From positions 96,001-160,000 of the forward strand of contig CAWGMK010000013.1 in NCBI GenBank assembly GCA_963823655.1: a stretch of DNA of 64,000 nucleotides, read 5' to 3'. Positions 9,349 to 18,600 of this stretch are shown in pieces. This stretch comes from an uncultured Bacillota bacterium (GTDB lineage: Bacteria > Bacillota > DTU025 > MWDF01). The position numbers and the translations under genes are program-made. The stretch's first letter is position 1. Every line of letters starts with the position of its first letter. The notes beneath the pieces are model-generated. The model was given only the letters and a program-made list of their open reading frames with translations. It did no database searches and was not told the DNA's origin.

Positions 9349-10116
9349 ATGTCGGGCGAAGACGCGATTATCGTTTTCAAGAAAGTATGCAAGACGTTCC
9401 CGGCCGAGAACGGCTCGGAAAATGAAGTGCTCAAAGACCTGGACCTTTCCGTGGGCAGGGGCAGGATCTTCGGCATTGTCGGATTGTCTGGTGCGGGGAA
9501 GTCGACGCTTATCAGGCTTATCAACCAGCTTGAAAAGGTAACATCGGGATCTTTGCTCGTAGACGGGCAGGATGTTACAAGACAGCACGATGGGGATCTG
9601 ATGAATCTACGGCGCCATATCGGGATGATATTCCAGAATTTCAACCTGATGAGAAACTCCACCGTTTTCGAGAACATCGCCTTCCCGCTGAGAATCACGA
9701 AGTACTCTGAGGAGTATATAAATGACAGGGTAAATGAACTTCTACAGCTTGTAGGCTTGGCGGATTACTCCCGCTCATATCCTGCGAAACTGTCAGGCGG
9801 GCAGAAACAAAGGGTGGCGATTGCCAGGGCTTTGGCACTTCATCCGGACATCCTGCTTTGCGATGAGGCGACTTCCGCGTTGGACCCCAGGACAGCCAAA
9901 TCCATACTAGACCTGCTGCGTTCGATAAACCGGGGCATGGGGGTTACTGTTGTCATCGTCACGCACGATATGGGAGTAGTAAGGTATGCCTGCGATGACG
10001 TGGCGGTGCTAGACAGCGGGGAGATAGTGGAAAGAGGCAGAGTGAGCGAGGTATTCGCCAATCCCAGGTCTCTTATAAAAACCTTCCTGGAAGGCTTCGG
10101 AGGTGGGCAGCAATGA
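9349..10116 (+). CDS. metN: MetN-like ABC ATPase lacking the C-terminal NIL/C2 domain
   Basis: GLSGAGKSTLIR, LSGGQKQRVAIARAL, LLCDEATSALDP. Confidence 0.8.
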   Translation: MSGEDAIIVFKKVCKTFPAENGSENEVLKDLDLSVGRGRIFGIVGLSGAGKSTLIRLINQLEKVTSGSLLVDGQDVTRQHDGDLMNLRRHIGMIFQNFNLMRNSTVFENIAFPLRITKYSEEYINDRVNELLQLVGLADYSRSYPAKLSGGQKQRVAIARALALHPDILLCDEATSALDPRTAKSILDLLRSINRGMGVTVVIVTHDMGVVRYACDDVAVLDSGEIVERGRVSEVFANPRSLIKTFLEGFGGGQQ

Positions 10117-10808
10117 TGATATATACATGGGCCGACCTTCTGGTCTCATTCAAAGTTCTGCTTGGAGAACCGCTGCTGAACACCCTGGCGATAACCCTGG
10201 GCTCGACTTTGCTCGCATGCCTTGGAGGAATACCACTTGGGGTATATCTTGTACTGTCGTCGCCGGGTTATCCCCTCGCTGCCGGCAGGCTGTACGGAGC
10301 CCTATCATCCGTAATAAACATAATAAGATCCATACCTACTATCATCCTCGTTATCCTACTCTCGTCGCTGCTGTACTTCAGGTACTCGATCTACAGGCCG
10401 ACTGACTTCGCATTATTGGCGGAGGCAGTGGTGATGTGGGCAATAGCTGCAACACCTTTGTGCGCAAGGCTTGTGGAATCCGCGCTCAAGGAAGTCGATA
10501 AAGGGCTCCTTGAGGCGGCGCTTGCGTGCGGCGCCAATGTCAGGCAGCTCGTGGGCAAAGTAATGCTGAAGGAGGCCAGGCCTGGTCTTATACTTGGCAT
10601 AACGACTTTGGCCATAACCATACTTGGCACCACTGTAATGTCAGAAACAATAGCAATAAGGACCATTGCTTCACGCGCAGTCGTCAGGGCCACTATAGAC
10701 AATGACGGTGAGTTCATAGTCTCGGGAATAGTGGCGCTAGCTTTGATAATTTCCATAATACAGACGCTTGGCACTGTAATGGCCAGGCGTTCGGACAAAT
10801 CTAGATAA
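10113..10808 (+). CDS. metI: MetI-like ABC permease
   Basis: NIIRSIP.II, ARLVESALKEVDKGLLEAA (EAA loop). Confidence 0.8.
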   Translation: MMIYTWADLLVSFKVLLGEPLLNTLAITLGSTLLACLGGIPLGVYLVLSSPGYPLAAGRLYGALSSVINIIRSIPTIILVILLSSLLYFRYSIYRPTDFALLAEAVVMWAIAATPLCARLVESALKEVDKGLLEAALACGANVRQLVGKVMLKEARPGLILGITTLAITILGTTVMSETIAIRTIASRAVVRATIDNDGEFIVSGIVALALIISIIQTLGTVMARRSDKSR

Positions 10809-10827
10809 AATATGTGGAGGTAGAAAA

Positions 10828-11673
10828 ATGAAAAAGATAATCGTCATATTTGCACTCATAGTAGCTTTGTTGTCATTCGGGGCCCAGGCTAAGGAATTGA
10901 TAATAATTGGCACCGTAGTAGGAATACAAGAGAGCCTTACAAATGAATACATAGTACCGGCGCTAAATAAGAAAGGCTACGATGTCGAAGTCAGAGTATA
11001 CACATCGTTCGGCCTGAACATCAACACAGACACCGTTCAGGGAAAAACAGACGTGAATTTCTTCCAGCACCTGCCCTACCTGAACAGCGACGCGGCAAAC
11101 CTGCCCAAACTTGCAGTGGTTTTGCCTGTGGCCTCCTTTAAGATGGGCCTGTATGGCGCCACCGCCTCTTCAAAAGATGTAACCGGAGGCGGCAGAGTAG
11201 GCGTTCCGAACGATAAGTCCAATCTACAGCGTGCCCTCAAGCTTCTGGCGGCCGAAGGCTTCATAACAATAAAGAGCACATTCAATGCAGACGTGAATGC
11301 CGACAATTTCAAGAGCTTCATCGAGGACAAGACGCTGAAAGTGGACGATATAATTGCACTTGACCAGCCCGGACTGAAGGCCGGTTTCCGCACAAGATAC
11401 AGCGCAGTAGTGCTGTCCGTAGCAGTTGCTTACGATCCGGATCCAGCGAAATCCCTATTCAAGCTGGTAATCGGCAGGGAGGACAGCTCCGTAACGGACG
11501 GTTTCGTAAACATTTTCGTTGCAAGGCAGTTCGACGAGAAGGGCACTGACGCCTATTCAAAGAAGATACAGGATCTCAAGGCAACTCTGAAGGAACTGAC
11601 AACTGACCCTGGCTTCCTCAAGGTCCTGGCAGACAGATACCTTGGAGTAGTTTACGTACCGGCCGCCAAGTAG
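10828..11673 (+). CDS. metQ: MetQ/NlpA-family substrate-binding protein (divergent)
   Basis: DVNFFQHLPYLN, VPNDKSNLQRAL.LL; AQA-type signal peptide. Confidence 0.75.
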   Translation: MKKIIVIFALIVALLSFGAQAKELIIIGTVVGIQESLTNEYIVPALNKKGYDVEVRVYTSFGLNINTDTVQGKTDVNFFQHLPYLNSDAANLPKLAVVLPVASFKMGLYGATASSKDVTGGGRVGVPNDKSNLQRALKLLAAEGFITIKSTFNADVNADNFKSFIEDKTLKVDDIIALDQPGLKAGFRTRYSAVVLSVAVAYDPDPAKSLFKLVIGREDSSVTDGFVNIFVARQFDEKGTDAYSKKIQDLKATLKELTTDPGFLKVLADRYLGVVYVPAAK

Positions 11674-11701
11674 GCAGTCCGGTTCAATACTGGTTGCTCT
11701 G

Positions 11702-11740
11702 GCCGGGTCAATGCATTCAAGCATTGCACCCGGCTTTTTC
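11702..11740 (+). terminator. Intrinsic terminator
   Basis: gccgggtcaatgc/gcattgcacccggc stem plus TTTTT. Confidence 0.75.
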
Positions 11741-11833
11741 TCGTGACCTGGAAGAAGTAGCCAGCTTCATTTTTAGATTTCCGTGCAGTATCCTATAAAT
11801 AACAGGGCGGTGGCGCCCCAATTGGAGGGTCAA

Positions 11834-13135
11834 ATGGCGAAAGATACTTCCAGGGCACTTCGGGGAAGCATGATTTATCAGGTATTTGTGCGGGACTACT
11901 CGGAGAAAGGTGATTTCCGCTCGCTGACTTGCGACCTCAACAGAATTCATGATCTCGGAGCCGACTTCATCCACCTTCTGCCGATTCACCCCATCGGTGT
12001 GGAAAACAGGAAAGGAAGCATCGGTTCACCTTATGCAATCAAAGACTATACATTGATTGACCCTGCATATGGGACTGAGAAGGATCTCAAAGAGCTGCTG
12101 GAAAAGGCGCATGCCCTCGGCATGAAAGTCCTGATGGACATCGTCTATAACCATACGTCCCCTGACTCCGAGCTTTTCAAAATGCACCCCGAATGGTTCT
12201 ACGATAAGGCTGGCAAGCCCGGCAACAAAGTGGGGGACTGGTGGGACGTAATCGACCTTGATTTCGAAAAGGGCGGCGACGGGCTCAGGACATACCTTAT
12301 TGGCAACCTGGTGAAATGGGCGGCCTTCGGTTTCGACGGTTTCAGATGCGATGTCGCATCATTGGTCCCGGTAGACTTCTGGATCGAAGCAAGGCGCAAG
12401 GTAGCAGAATCCAAACCGGGCTGCATCTGGCTTGCTGAATCAGTGCATGGCGAGTTCGTAAGGCTTCTTAGGGGCCAGGGTTTCAGAGCTCACAGCGACA
12501 GCGAGCTTTATCAGGCATTTGATATCTGCTACGAATATGACGTCCACGGTAGGTTCCATGATGTCGCTTTCGGCAAGGGAGGCCTAAAGGCCTATATACA
12601 GGCGGTCAGGGCACAGGAGTATATATACCCGGATAACTATATCAAGCTGCGCTTTATAGGAAACCATGATTTCGACAGGCCTGCATTCCTGTTCAAGAAC
12701 AGGGGCGTTCTGGAGGCCTGGACTGCCTTCACGTTCTTCAACAATGGCTCGACCCTTGTCTACATGGGTGACGAAACATTGACAGACCACAGGCCAAGCC
12801 TTTTCGAAAAGGAGCCTATAGATTGGTCAAAGACCGATGCTTCGCACGTGGAACTGATCAAGAAGCTCGCAAGGATGAAGAAATCCCGATTTTTTACCGA
12901 ATCCACCTTCTATGAAATTGTGGAAAGCGATGACGAGGACAACATAGTGGCCTACTATGAGCTAGGTTCCAAGCGTCTATATGGCATCTTCAATATTGGC
13001 GCAGGATCAGGCGAAGCCTCAATTGATTTGCCGGACGGGAAATATGAAGGCTTCTTTACCGAGGGGCTTACAGTAAAAAACGGAAAGGCCAAAATGGATT
13101 CGCGCTTTGCAGTAATTACCGTCAATATGCCATAA
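11834..13135 (+). CDS. GH13 alpha-amylase family glycosidase
   Basis: GSPYAIKDY, DIVYNHTS, DGFRCDVA, LAES, GNHD conserved regions. Confidence 0.9.
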   Translation: MAKDTSRALRGSMIYQVFVRDYSEKGDFRSLTCDLNRIHDLGADFIHLLPIHPIGVENRKGSIGSPYAIKDYTLIDPAYGTEKDLKELLEKAHALGMKVLMDIVYNHTSPDSELFKMHPEWFYDKAGKPGNKVGDWWDVIDLDFEKGGDGLRTYLIGNLVKWAAFGFDGFRCDVASLVPVDFWIEARRKVAESKPGCIWLAESVHGEFVRLLRGQGFRAHSDSELYQAFDICYEYDVHGRFHDVAFGKGGLKAYIQAVRAQEYIYPDNYIKLRFIGNHDFDRPAFLFKNRGVLEAWTAFTFFNNGSTLVYMGDETLTDHRPSLFEKEPIDWSKTDASHVELIKKLARMKKSRFFTESTFYEIVESDDEDNIVAYYELGSKRLYGIFNIGAGSGEASIDLPDGKYEGFFTEGLTVKNGKAKMDSRFAVITVNMP

Positions 13136-13191
13136 ACATGCACCCAAACCATATTATCTGTAAATATGGATAAGCAAATATAATTTTATCC

Positions 13192-13230
13192 AGGCGCACT
13201 TTGCTTCTGTCAGGTGCGCCTTTTTTATTT
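13192..13230 (+). terminator. Intrinsic terminator
   Basis: aggcgcac/gtgcgcct stem plus T run. Confidence 0.75.
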
Positions 13231-13265
13231 GGCAAAGAAGGATTTTGATATGACCACGTAATATA

Positions 13266-13295
13266 GTAATATGCGAATATGCTAATTCATATTAC
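13266..13295. promoter_or_regulatory. Possible ArsR autoregulatory operator
   Basis: gtaatatg/catattac inverted repeat with repeated AATATG just before the RBS. Confidence 0.4.
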
Positions 13296-13305
13296 GAGGT
13301 GGATT

Positions 13306-14013
13306 ATGAAGAACCTAGTAAACGCATTGAAGGCCATGGCGGACGAACCGCGCATGAACATACTCGTCGTCCTTGCTTCAAGAGGAGCCGTGTGCGTAAG
13401 CCATCTTCAAGAAGCCATGAGAGTTCCGCAGCCTACAGTCTCCAGGTACCTGTCCATATTGAAGAATGCTGGGTTGCTTGAGGCAGAAAGGCGAGGCCAG
13501 TGGGTTTACTACACCTTGAGCGGGGAAGAGGACACGCTGGTCATCGAAATGATAAGGAAATGTTCAGAGCAGCTTAGGGATACCACTAAGATAAAAAGGA
13601 TAATGGATAGGCTGGATAAACTGGAGCAGCAGCCTTCATTGCCCGCATCAGTGGATACAGCGCCTGTTAAAATTAGGAAGGCCGCCAGAAAGCCCGTAAA
13701 AAACGCGGCATCTTCAATGGCAAATGTCGAAAAGGAAATCGAGGTAATCAGGACTCATTCTGCGGAGGAAGAGGCTTTGCAAGATACGCGGCAGGGCATT
13801 GATAAGGATATTCATCCGATTAAGGAAGCGGCGGTACCAACTTTTGAGGTAGAAGCGGAATTGTCAGGAGCCAACGAATCGCCTGAACCCGGAAAACCTG
13901 ATATTAATGAGAAGACGGAAGTCACCGAGAAGGGACAGGAGGGGCTTGATACTTTGCCCAAAAAGGTCAAACGGAGCAAAAAACAGCTGCCACCAAGCCT
14001 TTTTGATCTATAA
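13306..14013 (+). CDS. ArsR/SmtB regulator with long low-complexity C-terminal tail
   Basis: KAMADEPRMNIL, VCVSHL, QPTVSRYL..LKNAGL, RRGQWVYY; about 120 aa charged tail. Confidence 0.85.
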   Translation: MKNLVNALKAMADEPRMNILVVLASRGAVCVSHLQEAMRVPQPTVSRYLSILKNAGLLEAERRGQWVYYTLSGEEDTLVIEMIRKCSEQLRDTTKIKRIMDRLDKLEQQPSLPASVDTAPVKIRKAARKPVKNAASSMANVEKEIEVIRTHSAEEEALQDTRQGIDKDIHPIKEAAVPTFEVEAELSGANESPEPGKPDINEKTEVTEKGQEGLDTLPKKVKRSKKQLPPSLFDL

Positions 14014-14021
14014 GGGGAAAC

Positions 14022-15443
14022 CTAATTCGATTTGGAATCAGCCAAATCCCTCAGGCTGCCCAGCAGAGGCTGGCCGGGAGACTGACTAATATGCTCCAGA
14101 ACAGACGGTCGGTACACCTCACTGATAATCGGTCTAATTAAAGGCAATACGGAGAAGCTGTCCAGCATCATCGCTTCCAGCTTCCGCGCTGCCTCAGAAA
14201 GGTGCTCATACGATTTTGGGGACCTTAAAGCCTTTATCGCCTCCTGCCTCTCGTTGCCGTTCCAGCCACCCCACGAAGAAGCGCCAATCTCCAAGCCTAG
14301 GCCCGACTTATAAAGCCCCATGAAGGCCGGTTGAAGCCATATAGATGATATCAGCGCGTCATGACTGCCGGTGTTCATCAAGGCAGATAGCTCAGAGTCT
14401 GTCTTCGGCACGGTAACGCTTACGATAGCGCCACCCTTCTCCCACCAGGATTCAATCAGCAGTGCGCAAAGCATCTCAAGTGAGGACCGGTCCGTGGAAT
14501 CCACAAGAATGGATATCTTCCTTCCTGCCAGAAGCCCGGTTCCCGCACTGGTATTCTCAGGTGCTCTAGAATCGAAGTAGATACCTCTTGCTGCTGTTGC
14601 ATTGCCGTTTGATGCTCTGAGGACCAGGTAAGGTATATCTAGCAAGTTTGAGGCTATCGCTCTGGCTGAAATGTCAAAAAAAGTGGAAGATTTACTATTG
14701 AATACGAGCGATATAACGTTGGGTGCCTCCGATTGCCAGCTGAGCCCCTTAATCGATGCGGCCGCTTTGGTAAGCCCGGTGCGTGCATAGTCGATGTTTC
14801 CCGAAGTGAATGCGTCCAGCATGGACTTCTCATCAGGGAATCCCGTGATGGTTATTGCCGGTCTATCGGCAGCCGATGCTTCCAGCCTAACGGAACCCTC
14901 CGTAAAAGACGCTATTCGATAGGGCGGTGAGCCTGCACCGGCAATCGTTCCATCAACCCCTGAGATCCAAACAGGCGCGAAAGCGAAAAGGTTCCAGAAC
15001 GCGCTGATATCGTCCCTGAATGTGAAGGATATCGAGCGACTAGCTGCATCGCTTCGGATCGCTATGCCCGAACTGCTCGGTATTCGTGCTATAAGAGCCT
15101 CCACAACTTTATCTACGGAAACAACGGCACTGCCGGAAGGGCCTGCAGCCTGGTTGATCCTTACTGAGACCGTCTTCTTTGCTTCGTCAAATACTGGCCA
15201 TGATTTTGCCAACAGAGGAGAAATCCTGCCGTCAGGTTTGTTAATCGAATAAAGGGAATCGCAGGCAATCGAGAGGAATAGGTCGTCCGTGGATGTAGGC
15301 TGCCTGATGCCGCTGAAAGGCGAGACCATGCCTACCACGCCGATCCTGATATCCGCCTGATCAGCAAAAGCAACGAGCGAGAACAGCGACATGAGAGTCG
15401 CTACCAATACGCATACAATAGAAGCTCTTGCTAGAGTTCGCAT
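14022..15443 (-). CDS. Divergent family-5 (Opp/Dpp-like) ABC substrate-binding protein, orphan
   Basis: Signal peptide; DSLY...DG.I.PLLAKSW, PYRIASF, FTSGNIDY, VLPL. Confidence 0.65.
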   Translation of the reverse strand: MRTLARASIVCVLVATLMSLFSLVAFADQADIRIGVVGMVSPFSGIRQPTSTDDLFLSIACDSLYSINKPDGRISPLLAKSWPVFDEAKKTVSVRINQAAGPSGSAVVSVDKVVEALIARIPSSSGIAIRSDAASRSISFTFRDDISAFWNLFAFAPVWISGVDGTIAGAGSPPYRIASFTEGSVRLEASAADRPAITITGFPDEKSMLDAFTSGNIDYARTGLTKAAASIKGLSWQSEAPNVISLVFNSKSSTFFDISARAIASNLLDIPYLVLRASNGNATAARGIYFDSRAPENTSAGTGLLAGRKISILVDSTDRSSLEMLCALLIESWWEKGGAIVSVTVPKTDSELSALMNTGSHDALISSIWLQPAFMGLYKSGLGLEIGASSWGGWNGNERQEAIKALRSPKSYEHLSEAARKLEAMMLDSFSVLPLIRPIISEVYRPSVLEHISQSPGQPLLGSLRDLADSKSN

Positions 15444-15579
15444 TTAAGCACCGCCATAATGGGCTTATTTATAAATCTGTATTTGCGGATATATATACCT
15501 GACCTTCAGGACGCTTTGAACAAAGCCGGCCGCTAGAGTAGAATATAACACAATGGAGTAATTACGAGGAGGATGAAGA

Positions 15580-16203
15580 ATGGGAAAGGTAAGTTGGAAG
15601 CCGGGGACGATGTTATGGCCTCTGCCTGCCGTAATGGTATCGTGCAAAGGAAAATCCCCTGAAGATAAGGCAAATATCCTGACGCTGTCATGGGTGGGCA
15701 CAGTCAACTCGGATCCGCCGATGCTGTCGATTTCAATCCGACCGGAGCGGCTCTCCTACGAGATCATAGAGGCTACAGGGGAGTTCGTAGTCAATATCCC
15801 GTCCATCGCCCAGGCAAAAGCCGCGGACTACTGCGGCTGCGTGTCCGGCAGGAATGAGGATAAATGGCAAAGCAGCGGGCTCACACAGGGTGAAGCGCTC
15901 AAAGTGAAGTGCCCGATAATAGTAGAGTGCCCTGTGAACCTGGAGTGCAGGGTAAAAGAGAAGATGAAGCTGGGCTCACATGTGATGTTCATTGCCGAGG
16001 TGGTAGCCGTACAGGTGAGTCAGAGCCTGCTTAACGAAAACGACAGATTCGCGCTTGAAAAGGCGGGATTGTTCGCATATGTGCACGGCCATTACTACGC
16101 AATCGGCAGGAAGCTTGGAAGGTTCGGCTTTGCAGTAAGGAAGAAGCCCGTCAGGCAAGGGGCAAGGAGCACGGTTAGGACTCAAAAGAAAAAGGCCGAT
16201 TAG
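15580..16203 (+). CDS. Flavin reductase/flavoredoxin family
   Basis: PLPAVMVS, EFVVNIP, CGCVSGRNEDK, ECPVNLEC, GSHVMFIAEV. Confidence 0.88.
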   Translation: MGKVSWKPGTMLWPLPAVMVSCKGKSPEDKANILTLSWVGTVNSDPPMLSISIRPERLSYEIIEATGEFVVNIPSIAQAKAADYCGCVSGRNEDKWQSSGLTQGEALKVKCPIIVECPVNLECRVKEKMKLGSHVMFIAEVVAVQVSQSLLNENDRFALEKAGLFAYVHGHYYAIGRKLGRFGFAVRKKPVRQGARSTVRTQKKKAD

Positions 16204-16754
16204 TAGGCAAGTATCACCCTTGCCGGAGCGCCGTCGGGTGCATCTATTGATAAGGGCAAAGCAATAAGAAACGCCGGCCCTTCGGAAACGTTCTGAAGGG
16301 CCAAGCCTTCGATTATCACTACCCCGGCTTCCAGAAGCAAAAGGTGTACATCAAGGCGGTTGCCGCCATCGACGCTTTGAGATTCGACACCGATAAGCTT
16401 CAGGCCATTTCCAACCAGTTGCCTAAGGCAATTTATGTCAGGCATTTCGCCTTTGACGATCAGCCTTTCGACGGTTGGTTTCGCCCTTTGCGCAAGTTTC
16501 GCAGCCTCTTCCTTAGAAGCCACGATACAAGGGCCGATCATTGCCTCCAGGCAGGGGGTATTACTGTTTCCTTCAAGTATGTGCCCCGGGAAATCCACAT
16601 GAGTCCCAGAGTGAGTTCCCATTGAAATCTCGTGCAGTGAATATCCTTCGGAGGGCACTGAGGCAAACGGCACAATTCTCACTTCCGGGTCGCCCGGCCA
16701 GACCTGCATCCCGTCCGTTATCTTCTGGCTTATATCAACGAACTTCTCGAACAT
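16200..16754 (-). CDS. Cyclase/kynurenine formamidase family
   Basis: WPGDP, HSGTHVDFPGH, DGAPAR. Confidence 0.85.
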   Translation of the reverse strand: MFEKFVDISQKITDGMQVWPGDPEVRIVPFASVPSEGYSLHEISMGTHSGTHVDFPGHILEGNSNTPCLEAMIGPCIVASKEEAAKLAQRAKPTVERLIVKGEMPDINCLRQLVGNGLKLIGVESQSVDGGNRLDVHLLLLEAGVVIIEGLALQNVSEGPAFLIALPLSIDAPDGAPARVILAY

Positions 16755-16878
16755 GGGAACCTCCTGGAGGATTATATGCATAGGTATAGGTTAATAACTA
16801 TTATGTATCAAGTACTTCCTTTATGGTTTAATATTACTTGAACTCTGAAGGCTTGCGGCCTTTACTCGGAGGTGGATT

Positions 16879-17805
16879 ATGGATTTAAAGCAGTTGAGCA
16901 GCAACGCAGTGCTATCTACGGAGGTCGCGCAGGCATTGTCGGAAGGGCGCCCTATCTGCGCACTTGAGACTACGATACTTAGTCACGGCCTGCCAAGGCC
17001 TTTTAACCTTGAAGTAGCGCACAGAGTAGAACAAGCAGTGCGAGCGGCTGGCGCTGTGCCTGCAACGATAGGTATCATGGGCGGCCGGATCCATATCGGC
17101 CTGGAAGAGGATGAGCTGGAGCAGGTATCGCTGGATACAGGCTCGGTTAAGGCTTCTTTGAAGGATATACCGGCGGTAATGATTAACAGGAAGACGGCGG
17201 GATGCACTGTTGCAGCAACCATAGCGATAGCAAGGGCGGCCGGAATTAGGGTCTTCGCCACGGGCGGAATAGGCGGCGTCCATATGGGGGCCGAGCAGAC
17301 ATTCGACATTTCCGCAGATTTGCATGCGCTTGCCGATAATGAGATAATCGTCGTCTGTTCGGGGCCCAAGAGCGTACTGGACGTCGGGAAGACAGTCGAA
17401 TACATGGAAACGCTTTCAATCTCTATAGTTGGTTACAGGACCGACAGGATGCCCCTTTTCTATACGAGAAGCAGCGAATACAAGGTTGACTTCAACGCAA
17501 CAAGCCCGGAGGATATCGGCCGGTTCGCGACTCTAAGATGGGCATTGTCGTCTGGCGGCATCCTTGTGACAAATCCTGTGCCTGAAGACGCAGAGATGGA
17601 CCCGGAGCTGTTCGCTCGGGTATCAAGAGAAGCGATGCAGGCAGCTCAGGACAATGGGATAAAGAAGGCAGAGGTCACGCCATTCCTGCTTGATTACATC
17701 CACAGAAAGAGCGGAGGGGCGTCATTAAAGGCGAATGCAGCCCTTATTGAATCTAATGCAATGCTTGGAGCCCAGGTTGCGGTAGTCCTTAGCAAATCAG
17801 AGTAA
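16879..17805 (+). CDS. psuG: Pseudouridine-5'-phosphate glycosidase
   Basis: ALETTILSHGLP.P.N, FATGGIGGVH, DISADL, VTPFLL. Confidence 0.92.
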   Translation: MDLKQLSSNAVLSTEVAQALSEGRPICALETTILSHGLPRPFNLEVAHRVEQAVRAAGAVPATIGIMGGRIHIGLEEDELEQVSLDTGSVKASLKDIPAVMINRKTAGCTVAATIAIARAAGIRVFATGGIGGVHMGAEQTFDISADLHALADNEIIVVCSGPKSVLDVGKTVEYMETLSISIVGYRTDRMPLFYTRSSEYKVDFNATSPEDIGRFATLRWALSSGGILVTNPVPEDAEMDPELFARVSREAMQAAQDNGIKKAEVTPFLLDYIHRKSGGASLKANAALIESNAMLGAQVAVVLSKSE

Positions 17806-17832
17806 GCAAAATTCTTCAAGATGACTTCATAC

Positions 17833-17864
17833 AACGGGGGGCAGTACGACTGCCTCCCGTTTTT
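17833..17864 (+). terminator. Intrinsic terminator
   Basis: aacggggggcagt/actgcctcccgtt stem plus T run. Confidence 0.7.
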
Positions 17865-17944
17865 CGCTGTATAAACCGTAGTGTGTTGTACAGGCTGTAA
17901 TACATTGGGATATTTTGCACTAATATTAGAACAATGCAAATATA

Positions 17945-18009
17945 TTGTGAAATATATAGCAATTGCTACTATAATAGCTTTGAGTATTTGTATGTGAAAT
18001 AGAGCACAA
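17945..18009. promoter_or_regulatory. Two Rex-like operators upstream of the hydrogenase
   Basis: TTGTGAAATATATAGCAA (17945-17962) and ATGTGAAATAGAGCACAA (17992-18009) vs TTGTGAA-N4-TTCACAA, flanking a TATAAT. Confidence 0.5.
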
Positions 18010-18081
18010 ATGAACATTGGATAAATTGAATAAATATAAGGTTGCAGTGTAAGAAACTGCGAAACATTGGGAGGGATTGAG

Positions 18082-18576
18082 ATGGCGTGTGCGGAGTGCA
18101 CCTGCAAGGACAGCATTACTGCAGAACAATGGAGCGGGTTGGAAGCAATAATCGAAGGGCATAAAAATAAGAGGGGATCTCTTATCCAGTGCCTACATGA
18201 CGCCCAGGAGCTTATTGGATACCTTCCGATGGAAGTACAGAAGAAAGTCGCCGAAGGGCTGAAGATACCTTTGGCCGATGTCTACAGCGTAGTCTCGTTC
18301 TACGCGCTTTTCAGCACGCAGCCCAAGGGCGAGCACGAAGTTAGCGTATGCCTGGGGACGGCATGCTATGTAAGGGGCGCCGACGCGGTCTTGGGAGAAA
18401 TCCAGGATGAGCTGGGAGTAAAGGCCGGTGAGACTTCCAAGGACGGGAAGTTCAGCCTGAACGTAGTAAGATGCATGGGAGCTTGCGGGCTTGGCCCTGT
18501 CGTTAGCATAGACGGCCAAACGCACGGCAGGCTTAAAGCGGACAAAATCAAGCCCCTTCTCGAAAAGTACAACTAG
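18082..18576 (+). CDS. hydC: [FeFe]-hydrogenase gamma subunit (NuoE-like, 2Fe-2S)
   Basis: VCLGTACYVRG, RCMGACGLGP. Confidence 0.9.
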   Translation: MACAECTCKDSITAEQWSGLEAIIEGHKNKRGSLIQCLHDAQELIGYLPMEVQKKVAEGLKIPLADVYSVVSFYALFSTQPKGEHEVSVCLGTACYVRGADAVLGEIQDELGVKAGETSKDGKFSLNVVRCMGACGLGPVVSIDGQTHGRLKADKIKPLLEKYN

Positions 18577-18600
18577 CACATAAGCATTGGAGGTACTAAC

